From Elusimicrobiota bacterium (GTDB lineage: Bacteria > Elusimicrobiota > UBA8919): 24,196 nucleotides of DNA. A model generated the notes under the pieces. The model made no database searches. It was not told the origin of the DNA and saw nothing but the letters and a program-made list of their open reading frames with translations. Position numbers and translations under genes: made by a program. Positions within the stretch are counted from its first letter, which is position 1, and every line of letters begins with the position of its first letter. Positions 16,033 through 24,196 of this stretch are shown here, in pieces. The DNA lies in NCBI GenBank assembly GCA_043816185.1, contig JBDRIG010000007.1, positions 1-24,196 of the forward strand, written 5' to 3'.

Positions 16033-17811
16033 ATGATGTTGAAATTACTGATATGGTTATATGCTGGTATGTTGATATGTGAAAAAATAAAATTACTGAT
16101 ATGGAAAATGATATGGAAAAACAGCATTGTTGTATCATTGTGTCGCCATATTACCGTCGTTGCTCTACATCGTCATATCACCGTTTGTATTTTGTTTATC
16201 ACTTATTGTCTAATACTTGCTACGCACAATCTTCATTCTATTGAGACAAAAATAATCAATATAGTAAAAGAGAATTCAAACATTTCATCGGCTCCACTTT
16301 CGGTTCCACTTTTTTTTGTTCATGAAATGGGATATTTATTTGTTGATGACATTGCAAAAATTTATCATGCAAAAATCAATTGGTTCCCATTATCAAAGAA
16401 AATTGTATTCACGCTAAATAATAAAGAAATAGTTTTTAATATTGATTCGAAAAAAGTTATAGTTGATAAAATAGAACGGCAGATGAACAAGCCAACGATA
16501 ATGTTAGACAACAAACTTTTAGTACCTCTTGAATTTGTGATCGCAAAGTCGTTTGCTGGTGTAACCGAATTTTATACTAACTGGGATAGCAATCATCTAA
16601 CATTGCGACTTTCGATTATTCCGGATATTTTTTTACCGAAATATTATTCTTATAAAGACGGAACACGTCTTATAGTTCAGATGGTTGAAAAAAAAGAGTT
16701 TCAAATTGATTCATCAAAAGAAAAAAAATTTGCAGTAAAAATTTATAAAAGTAAAATTGCGGATATTAAAAAATTTCCAATTACAGTAGATGACGGTGTT
16801 GTTGATACTATTGATGTGGCCAATTTAGAACGAGATGTTTTGTTTACAATAAATCTTAGTACCTATTCAGGGAAAATAGAAACATCTACGCTAACATCTC
16901 CGTTTCGTCTTGTGGTTGATATATTTAGAACTGGCGAGATGTCGTCAAAATTTGTTGGTTCTATATCTGAAATTGCACCGTCGACGACAAGTTTCTTGCC
17001 TAGTAGATTAGTCGCAGGTGAAGTGACAAATATACCGTCAAGTATTTCTCCGGTATTGTCAGATGTTGAAGAAAAAACTCCAGACATTAAAATCAACGAA
17101 ATAAAAAAACCAAAATCAACGAGAGCAGTTTGTAGTCTTAAAAAAATTGTTATCGATGCTGGTCACGGTGGCCATGATCCTGGTGCAATAGGACAAAAAG
17201 CAACAAGGGAAAAGAATATAAATCTTGCTATCGCTAATCAATTAGCATCAATTTTAAAGAAGAATGGTTATGATATTTTTATGACGAGATCAGACGATAC
17301 ATTTGTTCCACTTTCTGAAAGAACGAAGTTTGCCAATAAGGTTATGGCTGACTTGTTTGTAAGTATTCACTGTAATGCCTCTATCTCTACCAATGTTCGC
17401 GGATTTGAAATTTATTTTTTGTCGGAGAAGGCAACTGATAGTGCTGCCGAAGCAGTTGCCAATATGGAAAATTCTGTCCTCGCACTCGAAAAAACCCAAT
17501 TTTCTGCCGAAAAAGATATAAAAAAACTTCTTCTTTCAATGGCGGTAAACGAATTTATAAATGAGTCATCGTTTTTATGTGGAGTTATCAATCAAAAAGT
17601 TTGTAAAAATTTTTCTAATTTGGATGTTAAAAGTGTTAAACAGGCGAATTTTTATATTTTAAGAGGGGCTACAATGCCTGCTATTTTGGTTGAAGTTGGA
17701 TTTCTGTCAAATATTAAAGAAGAAAAACTTCTCAATAATGAAAAATTTCAGAAAAAGATGGCAGAAAATATTTTTAATGGAATAAAAGAATATGAAAAAC
17801 GGCTTAAATAA
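16033..17811 (+). CDS. N-acetylmuramoyl-L-alanine amidase (Amidase_3) with N-terminal stalk/AMIN-like domains; start uncertain
   Basis: IVIDAGHGGHDPGA, REKNINL, FVSIHCNA, PAILVEVGFLSN; PFRLVVDI AMIN-like end. Confidence 0.92.
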   Translation: MMLKLLIWLYAGMLICEKIKLLIWKMIWKNSIVVSLCRHITVVALHRHITVCILFITYCLILATHNLHSIETKIINIVKENSNISSAPLSVPLFFVHEMGYLFVDDIAKIYHAKINWFPLSKKIVFTLNNKEIVFNIDSKKVIVDKIERQMNKPTIMLDNKLLVPLEFVIAKSFAGVTEFYTNWDSNHLTLRLSIIPDIFLPKYYSYKDGTRLIVQMVEKKEFQIDSSKEKKFAVKIYKSKIADIKKFPITVDDGVVDTIDVANLERDVLFTINLSTYSGKIETSTLTSPFRLVVDIFRTGEMSSKFVGSISEIAPSTTSFLPSRLVAGEVTNIPSSISPVLSDVEEKTPDIKINEIKKPKSTRAVCSLKKIVIDAGHGGHDPGAIGQKATREKNINLAIANQLASILKKNGYDIFMTRSDDTFVPLSERTKFANKVMADLFVSIHCNASISTNVRGFEIYFLSEKATDSAAEAVANMENSVLALEKTQFSAEKDIKKLLLSMAVNEFINESSFLCGVINQKVCKNFSNLDVKSVKQANFYILRGATMPAILVEVGFLSNIKEEKLLNNEKFQKKMAENIFNGIKEYEKRLK

Positions 17812-18607
17812 TAATCCCATTGGCATTTTTGATTCTGGCTTTGGTGGTCTTACTGTTCTAAGGGAATTAATAAAGATTTTACCCTCGGAAAACATAATCT
17901 ATTTTGGTGATACCGCAAGAGTGCCTTATGGAACAAAATCAAAAAATGCAGTGAAGAAATTTTCCCAACAAATTACAGAATTTTTAGTCAAACACAATGT
18001 AAAACTTATATTGGTTGCTTGCAATACTGCATCTGCCGTTGCTCTTTCCGATATAAAAAAAATTGCAAAAGACATACAGGTTGTGGGCGTGATAAAAAGT
18101 GGTGCTCGTGCTGCAGTTTCATTAACCACTAATAAAAAAATTGGTGTTATCGGAACCTCTGCTACTATAAAAAGTAGATCGTATCAAAATACCATTAAGA
18201 TGTTAGATAAAAAAATTAAGGTTATCCAAAAACCGTGTCCTCTTTTTGTTCCTTTGGTCGAGGAGGGTTGGATCGATTGTAAAATTACACAAGATATTGT
18301 AAAAATATATTTACAACCATTAAAAAAAGCAAATTGTGATGTTATAGTTTTGGGATGCACTCATTATCCACTACTTAAAAATGTTATTCAGAAAATTGTT
18401 GGCAAAAATATAAAACTTATTGATTCGGCAAAAGAGGTTTCCAAAGATATTAAAAAAATATTGGAAGATTTACATCTAATTAGAACAGCAAAAAGTCATG
18501 GGCATTTAAAATTTTATGTTTCAGATGCTCGCGATAGGTTTTCTAAATTTGGCAAAATGTTTTTGGGAAGGGCTGTGTCTGATATTGAGAAAGTGGACAT
18601 AGAATAA
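17792..18607 (+). CDS. murI: Glutamate racemase
   Basis: IGIFDSGFGGLTV, VPYGTKS, VACNTAS, LGCTHYP. Confidence 0.98.
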   Translation: MKNGLNNNPIGIFDSGFGGLTVLRELIKILPSENIIYFGDTARVPYGTKSKNAVKKFSQQITEFLVKHNVKLILVACNTASAVALSDIKKIAKDIQVVGVIKSGARAAVSLTTNKKIGVIGTSATIKSRSYQNTIKMLDKKIKVIQKPCPLFVPLVEEGWIDCKITQDIVKIYLQPLKKANCDVIVLGCTHYPLLKNVIQKIVGKNIKLIDSAKEVSKDIKKILEDLHLIRTAKSHGHLKFYVSDARDRFSKFGKMFLGRAVSDIEKVDIE

Positions 18608-18655
18608 AATAAATGACTTTGTCGCGACATTGTTGATAGATTTGTGGGTATTTAT

Positions 18656-19189
18656 ATGAAAGTGATAAAAAACTTCAAAATTATTCTGAGGCAGGGATAT
18701 ATTTTTCGAGATTTGAAAAAAAGAGGAATTGAAATTTCAAAGGAGCAACTTTTTGAAAAATTAAATAAGATTCAGGCACACATAAAATCAGCCACTGTTT
18801 ATGAGACATTTAATCCAGATATATTTAGGAAAAAGATTAATTTTGGTAAACCTGTTGTTGTTTCGTTGTTTGTTGTTACGGTTGGTAACGTCGTAGAAAC
18901 CATCGAAAAAGACGAAATTTTTACAACCGCAATAAAAGATGCGTTATTTGTTGCTAAAAACTTTATTTTAAAACTTATACAAAAAGAGGCAGAAGAAGAT
19001 CACTGTGGGCTTACCGAGATTATTGAGGTTGAACCTTCGTATATTTTTGAAAACAGAAAAATTTTAGCAGTGATGGATTTTTCTAAGATAGGCGTGAAGT
19101 TTGAGAATGGGATTGCATTGCCAGAAAATACAAAATTTTTTGTGGTTGGACAAATTCTAAAAACAAATTTAAAAAGGCAAAAAAAATAG
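18656..19189 (+). CDS. Hypothetical protein resembling a divergent stand-alone B12-dependent methionine synthase activation domain
   Basis: SLFVVTVG...LIQKEAEEDHCGLT...DFSKIGVKFENGIALP resembles that family's pattern, but the usual RxSPGY motif is not intact. Confidence 0.45.
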   Translation: MKVIKNFKIILRQGYIFRDLKKRGIEISKEQLFEKLNKIQAHIKSATVYETFNPDIFRKKINFGKPVVVSLFVVTVGNVVETIEKDEIFTTAIKDALFVAKNFILKLIQKEAEEDHCGLTEIIEVEPSYIFENRKILAVMDFSKIGVKFENGIALPENTKFFVVGQILKTNLKRQKK

Positions 19190-19309
19190 TTGGCACGGCT
19201 CTTCAACCGTATATCGTCGTGCGATGTCATCCATTGAAAAGCATGTCAAGTAGAAAATAGCATCCACTGTCAAAAATCAGCATCTTTTGACACGCTTCCT
19301 TCCCACTAA

Positions 19310-19451
19310 AGAGGCTGTCCGACAAATCGTAAAACAGTCATTTTTTTGTAAAATATAGCAGTATTTGGCAACTAATAGCAACAAACAACACATCATTTTT
19401 TTACTGACGCTGTGTCATCGGTAAAGCGGAATAGGTTGTCGGACAGCCTCT
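19310..19451. mobile_element. MITE-like element with perfect 16-bp terminal inverted repeats
   Basis: AGAGGCTGTCCGACAA (19310-19325) ... TTGTCGGACAGCCTCT (19436-19451), no internal gene. Confidence 0.8.
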
Positions 19452-19467
19452 AACGTTGGATGTAATT

Positions 19468-19542
19468 TGTGTAACCTAAAGGTTGTGGCTACAAGTAAAT
19501 CTACCAATAAATCATACTGGTAGTCGCAGGATTTATATTGCG
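19468..19542. repeat. Divergent pair of degenerate GTAG-type REPs
   Basis: Reverse-strand GTAGCCACAACCTTTAGGTTACAC and forward GTAGTCGCAGGATTTATATTGCG (19520-19542). Confidence 0.6.
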
Positions 19543-19655
19543 TTAATTTATATTTATTTTTTATTTTTCGGAGAGAAAATATTTAATATAAAATTATTAA
19601 TAACCGCCTTACTTCTTACCTTAGGAATAATAATTTTTAAAATTATATTTTTTGC

Positions 19656-19683
19656 TTGACATTTTTTTTTATTTTTATACAAT
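19656..19683 (+). promoter_or_regulatory. sigma70-type promoter of the cold-shock gene
   Basis: TTGACA-16 bp-TACAAT with an AT-rich UP region. Confidence 0.7.
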
Positions 19684-19739
19684 TACAAGCGTGTGGCCTT
19701 TAAGGCGACACGGAATGTTTGAAGTAAGGAGTAAAGCAG

Positions 19740-19940
19740 ATGCGTGGTAAAGTAAAGTGGTTCAATGACTCCAAGGGCTACGGCTTCTTGGCGAAAGACG
19801 ATGGTTCGGGTGATGTGTTCGTTCACTTTTCGTCCATCAGCGGCGATGGTTTCAAATCGTTAGCTGAAGGCGATGCAGTAGAATTTGATGTTGTGGATTC
19901 TGATAAAGGTCCTAAAGCAGCAAATGTAAAAAAGGTTTAA
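19740..19940 (+). CDS. Cold-shock protein (CspA family)
   Basis: [14 protein letters not shown] (RNP1), DVFVHFSSI (RNP2), [16 protein letters not shown]. Confidence 0.97.
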   Translation: MRGKVKWFNDSKGYGFLAKDDGSGDVFVHFSSISGDGFKSLAEGDAVEFDVVDSDKGPKAANVKKV

Positions 19941-19960
19941 CGAATATATAAAAACTAAAG

Positions 19961-19993
19961 AATCCATTTCGACACAATCGAGATGGATTTTTT
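19961..19993 (+). terminator. Intrinsic terminator after the cold-shock gene
   Basis: aatccatttcga-cacaa-tcgagatggatt followed by a T-tract. Confidence 0.75.
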
Positions 19994-20086
19994 ATTTATA
20001 TTTTTTTATGTTTATTTGCTGTCAGCAACTGTAACACTACTTCGTTAAATTCAGTTCGTCATTGCAAGTGCTTTTGCCCGTCATTG

Positions 20087-20201
20087 AGATTGTGTCGCAA
20101 TGGGCTAAAAAGTTGCATTTTTATAGAAGATAGCAACTGATGATAAAATATGGTACTGCAATCAAACATTAGATGATAAAAGATGGATTGCGACACAGTC
20201 T
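20087..20201. mobile_element. 115-bp MITE with 15-bp TIRs and apparent CATTG target duplication
   Basis: cattg|AGATTGTGTCGCAAT ... ATTGCGACACAGTCT|cattg, TIRs match 14/15. Confidence 0.85.
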
Positions 20202-20360
20202 CATTGCGAGCGACAGCGAGGCAATCTCGGTTTTCAACACAGGGATTGCCACGTCGTCCCGATTAATTGAGACTCTCACAGTGACCATGAATATAAAATA
20301 GGTTGTCAGTACCCTATACACCTTGTTTACAAATTCAAAAAAATTTTGTAAAATAAAAAT

Positions 20361-23003
20361 ATGATAAATTATATTTTCAGAAAAATTTTTGGCACGAAAT
20401 CGCATAGGGATATAAAAAAAATACTGCCGATCGTTTTTCACATAAATTCATTTGAAGAAGAAATTAAAAAATTATCTGACGATTCTCTTAAACTGAAAAC
20501 GAATGAATTTAAAGATCGTTTTTCACAAGGTGAAACACTCGATCAAATACTTCCCGAGGCGTTTGCTGTTGTTAGAGAGGCTGCGAAACGTGTAATTGGG
20601 CTAAGGCATTTTGATGCTCAGCTCATTGGGGGTGTAGTTCTTTATCAGGGAAAAATTGCCGAAATGAAAACTGGTGAAGGAAAAACGCTCGTTGCTACAC
20701 TTCCAGCATATCTTAATTCCTTAACTGGAGAAGGTGTTCATATTGTTACCGTTAATGATTATTTAGCAAAAAGAGATCGTTTCTGGATGGGTCCTATTCA
20801 TGAGTTTTTGGGTTTAACTGTCGGGTATCTTCAGCATGATATGTCTGACGAAGAAAGGAAACAAATGTATCAGTGTGATATCACATATGTCACCAACTCA
20901 GAAATTGGATTTGATTATCTTCGTGATAATATGAAGCACTCAAAAGAGGAAATGGTTTTAAAAAAACTTAATTATGCAATTATTGACGAGGTTGATTCAA
21001 TTTTAGTTGACGAAGCGAGAACACCATTGATTATTTCTGGGCCTACAGAAGAATCGACGGATAAATATTACATCGTAAATAAAATAGTTCCGCACTTAAA
21101 AGGAAAATTTATAACCGAGTCAGAAGAAATTGACGCCAAGTATAAGGGGGTTGATTTGTCTGTAGGGTTCGACTATATTATTGACGAAAAAAACCACACC
21201 GCTACTCTTACACAGCAAGGTGTGACAAAGTGTGAAAAAATACTTGGCATAAAAAATATTTACGATGATGTTCAGTCGGAATGGGTTCATCATATAGACC
21301 AAGCATTAAAAGCATGTAATCTTTTCAAAAGAGATGTTGATTATGTTGTTAAAGATGGCGAGGTAATGATTGTCGACGAATTTACAGGGCGACTTATGCC
21401 AGGAAGACGTTGGTCTGAAGGACTTCATCAAGCAGTGGAAGCAAAGGAAAATTTAAAAATTGCCGAGGAGAATCAGACACTTGCAACAATTACCTATCAG
21501 AATTTTTTCAAACTTTATAAAAAACTTGCTGGGATGACTGGAACAGCGATGACCGAAGCAGGAGAGTTTTGGCATATCTATAAATTAGACGTTGTTGACA
21601 TTTTGACAAATAAACCGATGATAAGAACAGATTATCCTGATTTGATTTATAGAACTGAAAAGGAAAAATATGAAGCAATCTTGAATGAAATTGAGGAACT
21701 TTATAAAAATGGAAGACCTGTGCTCGTCGGAACACGGTCAATTGAAAAAAATGAGAAACTTTCTGTGATGCTGAAAAAGCGTGGTATTCCGCATCAGTTA
21801 TTAAACGCAAAGTATCATGAGCAGGAAGCGCAGATTATTGCACAAGCAGGCAAATATAAAGCAATTACCGTCGCAACAAATATGGCTGGTCGTGGAACCG
21901 ATATTGTTTTAGGTGGTAATCCTTCAGAAATTTCTGAGCAGGAACGAGTGAAAAAATTAGGTGGACTTCATATACTTGGCACAGAAAGACATGAAGCGCG
22001 AAGAATTGACAATCAATTGAGAGGTCGTGGTGGAAGACAGGGCGACATGGGTTCATCAAGATTTTTCCTTTCACTTGAAGATGAACTTATGCGCCTATTC
22101 GGTTCAGACAGAATTTCTCCCCTTATGGAAAAATTAGGAATGAAAGAAGGTGAGGTTATAGAACATCCGTTTGTAACACATGCTATTGAAAACGCACAAC
22201 GAAAAATTGAGGAAATGAATTTTGAAATAAGAAAAAATCTTTTGCAATACGATAATGTAATGAGCAAACAGCGTGAGGTGATTTACGCTTTAAGAAACTC
22301 TATTTTAGAGGGTGTAGATATTTCTGAAAAAATATGGGAAATGATAGACGAAACAATTGATGAAAAACTTGAGACCTATTGTCCAAAAAAAACATATTCT
22401 GAAAACTGGGAAATAACTACTTTTTTAATTTGGTTTAACAGAATTTTCGGGCTTAGTTTAAAATTATCAAATGAAGAAATAGTTACACTTAATCAAGAAT
22501 CGCTCAAAGAGTTGTTGGTGGATATGGTAAAAAATATTTATCATCAACGGGAAACGGCATTTACAAAAGAAATTCTTGAAAACATAGAAAGACAGGTAAT
22601 GTTTCAAGTTATTGATAATGCGTGGAAAAACCATCTTTATGATTTAGATCAATTACGAAAGGGCGTTGGGCTTCGAGCATATGGGCAAAAAGATCCGCTT
22701 GTTGAATATAAAAAAGAATCACTTTCGCTTTTTATTGCGATGATGGATAGGGTTCGTGAAGAGACGGTTGAATATGTTTTCAGAGTTCAAGTTATGCCAC
22801 AACCAAGATTCAGACCGCAACCAGTTTCAATGTCAAACGAACAACTGCTAACTGCGAAACAATCGTCGCAATCATTTCAGAAACCACAACAGACAGATAC
22901 AAATATGTCTAATCCAGCTGTAACTATGCCTAAAAAAATTGGTCGCAACGATCCTTGTCTTTGCGGAAGTGGAAAAAAATATAAAAAGTGCTGCGGAAAA
23001 TAA
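20361..23003 (+). CDS. secA: Preprotein translocase ATPase SecA with C-terminal SEC-C zinc motif
   Basis: EMKTGEGKT, IIDEVDSILVDEARTPLIISG, NMAGRGTDI, RRIDNQLRGR, GRNDPCLCGSGKKYKKCCG. Confidence 0.99.
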   Translation: MINYIFRKIFGTKSHRDIKKILPIVFHINSFEEEIKKLSDDSLKLKTNEFKDRFSQGETLDQILPEAFAVVREAAKRVIGLRHFDAQLIGGVVLYQGKIAEMKTGEGKTLVATLPAYLNSLTGEGVHIVTVNDYLAKRDRFWMGPIHEFLGLTVGYLQHDMSDEERKQMYQCDITYVTNSEIGFDYLRDNMKHSKEEMVLKKLNYAIIDEVDSILVDEARTPLIISGPTEESTDKYYIVNKIVPHLKGKFITESEEIDAKYKGVDLSVGFDYIIDEKNHTATLTQQGVTKCEKILGIKNIYDDVQSEWVHHIDQALKACNLFKRDVDYVVKDGEVMIVDEFTGRLMPGRRWSEGLHQAVEAKENLKIAEENQTLATITYQNFFKLYKKLAGMTGTAMTEAGEFWHIYKLDVVDILTNKPMIRTDYPDLIYRTEKEKYEAILNEIEELYKNGRPVLVGTRSIEKNEKLSVMLKKRGIPHQLLNAKYHEQEAQIIAQAGKYKAITVATNMAGRGTDIVLGGNPSEISEQERVKKLGGLHILGTERHEARRIDNQLRGRGGRQGDMGSSRFFLSLEDELMRLFGSDRISPLMEKLGMKEGEVIEHPFVTHAIENAQRKIEEMNFEIRKNLLQYDNVMSKQREVIYALRNSILEGVDISEKIWEMIDETIDEKLETYCPKKTYSENWEITTFLIWFNRIFGLSLKLSNEEIVTLNQESLKELLVDMVKNIYHQRETAFTKEILENIERQVMFQVIDNAWKNHLYDLDQLRKGVGLRAYGQKDPLVEYKKESLSLFIAMMDRVREETVEYVFRVQVMPQPRFRPQPVSMSNEQLLTAKQSSQSFQKPQQTDTNMSNPAVTMPKKIGRNDPCLCGSGKKYKKCCGK

Positions 23004-23026
23004 AAATTTATTAAAATTATAGAGAT

Positions 23027-23126
23027 TAGCGCCACTCCGTCAAGTAATTCATTTATATTCATGGTCATTGCGGTGGCGAAGCCCGAAGCAATCTCGAACT
23101 GGACTGAACTTAACGAAGTAGTATTA
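23027..23126. mobile_element. Degenerate TIR-bounded element carrying a GTCATTGCG...GAAGCAATC core
   Basis: tagcgccactccgtcaagt ... acttaacgaagtagtatta imperfect inverted ends; core at 23064-23094. Confidence 0.6.
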
Positions 23127-23156
23127 GATTCTTTATAAAATTGTGAGCAATATTTA

Positions 23157-23870
23157 ATGAATTATAAATCGCTGGAAACGAAAATCGTTAGATGGTTAAA
23201 AAAGAAATTAAAATCGTCAAAAAGAAAAGGATTCATCATTGGGCTTTCAGGTGGGATTGATTCAGCTGTTGTTTCGGTTCTGTGTCAAAAAGCAGTTGGC
23301 ATAAAAAATGTCCTTTGTTTGATGCTTTCATGCCAATCACAAAAAATCGATATTGAAGATGCGAAAAAAGTTGCAAAAAAATTTGGATTAAAAACGGAAA
23401 CAGTAGAACTTACAAAAATTTATGAAAATTTAATTGGGATTTTACCGACGGCTCTACCTGTGGTAGATAAACTTACTCAAGCAAATCTTAAACCAAGATT
23501 AAGAATGCTCACACTTTATTATTTTGCCAATAAATTAAATTATCTTGTTGTAGGAACAGGGAATAAATCAGAATTAACAATTGGTTATTTTACAAAATAT
23601 GGTGATGGCGGAGTCGACATTCTTCCGATAGGCAATCTTTATAAATCCGAAGTTCGTGGATTAGCAAAACATCTTGGGATTCCTGAAGAAATAATAACGA
23701 AACCACCAACAGCAGGACTTTGGACAGGACAGACGGATGAAGGAGAAATCGGACTAACATATGATGAACTTGAATGTCTACTAAAAAATAAAAAATTAAC
23801 TCCAAAATTAAAAAGTTTAGCCACTAACGCAAAACATAAACTTTTCCCTCCCGAAATTTTTAATCAATAA
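23157..23870 (+). CDS. nadE: NH3-dependent NAD+ synthetase
   Basis: IGLSGGIDSAV, NLKPRLRM, GTGNKSE, GYFTKYGDGG, KPPTAGLWTGQTDE; no glutaminase domain. Confidence 0.97.
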   Translation: MNYKSLETKIVRWLKKKLKSSKRKGFIIGLSGGIDSAVVSVLCQKAVGIKNVLCLMLSCQSQKIDIEDAKKVAKKFGLKTETVELTKIYENLIGILPTALPVVDKLTQANLKPRLRMLTLYYFANKLNYLVVGTGNKSELTIGYFTKYGDGGVDILPIGNLYKSEVRGLAKHLGIPEEIITKPPTAGLWTGQTDEGEIGLTYDELECLLKNKKLTPKLKSLATNAKHKLFPPEIFNQ

Positions 23871-23907
23871 AATGTTAAGTAAAGCGTTCTACCTTGTGGG
23901 ATTATTG

Positions 23908-24067
23908 AAACTGTGTCGCAATAGCAAAATGTCCGTTATTGCGAGCGAAGCTAAGCAATCTTGAAATTCAACTTCAACACAGAGATTGCCGCGAGTCCTG
24001 CGTGTAATACTTCACAATTTCTGTGTTTTGGACAAAGACGAGTTTGCTTCGCTGTCGCCCGCAATGG
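23908..24067. repeat. Composite repeat: TGTGTCGCAAT TIR plus GT(C/T)ATTGCGAG palindromic element
   Basis: aaactgtgtcgcaat; gttattgcgagcgaagctaagcaatc; ttcaacacagagattgccgcg; inverted arm gagtttgcttcgctgtcgcccgcaatgg (24040-24067). Confidence 0.75.
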
Positions 24068-24196
24068 TATAATGGAAAAGCAAGCTTCCTTCCGGGGAGG
24101 TCATAAAGTAACGCATAAAAGCGCAGACCTTTTGTGATCTTTTCAAACGATCAAAAGTGGTGTATAATATATACACCGGACTTTAACCTCGGTAAG

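Noticed and set aside
19190..19207. sigma54 promoter (TTGGCACG)
   Set aside because: The -12 element reads TTCA rather than TTGC.
23453..23467. tctacc-tgt-ggtaga hairpin inside nadE as another intragenic insertion
   Set aside because: A 6-bp stem is too short to distinguish from chance without an alignment.
557..23824. Short antisense/overlapping ORFs from the track inside housekeeping genes
   Set aside because: They have no recognisable motifs or SDs and are consistent with antisense shadows of the coding strand.

Overview
AT-rich bacterial chromosomal window, mostly housekeeping genes. It opens with a partial Ig-repeat/FlgD-type secreted protein and a PorV/PorQ-like TPR protein, then a minus-strand M23 peptidase-bactofilin pair. 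These are followed by valS, rdgB, a PilZ protein and tRNA-Pro/Arg/His, with a class III adenylate cyclase sitting inside the tRNA cluster. The rest is rpsO, pnp, accB, a DUF2582-type wHTH, aroE, aroC, an amidase, murI, a Met-synthase-activation-domain-like ORF, a cold-shock protein, secA and nadE. The gene mix suggests Elusimicrobiota (inference only). No transposase, integrase or CRISPR array is visible. The striking signal is a dense, nested set of short non-autonomous palindromic elements: GTAG-type REPs, a GTCATTGCGAG...GAAGCAATC family, several TIR-bounded MITEs and inverted 7-9-mer tandem arrays. They fill most intergenic spacers, insert into each other and sit in frame at four positions in the essential valS gene. 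They also lie between the apparent pnp Shine-Dalgarno and its start codon, interrupt the amidase N-terminus, supply the bactofilin stop codon and bracket secA as inverted copies. All family assignments come from motif recognition, not database searches.
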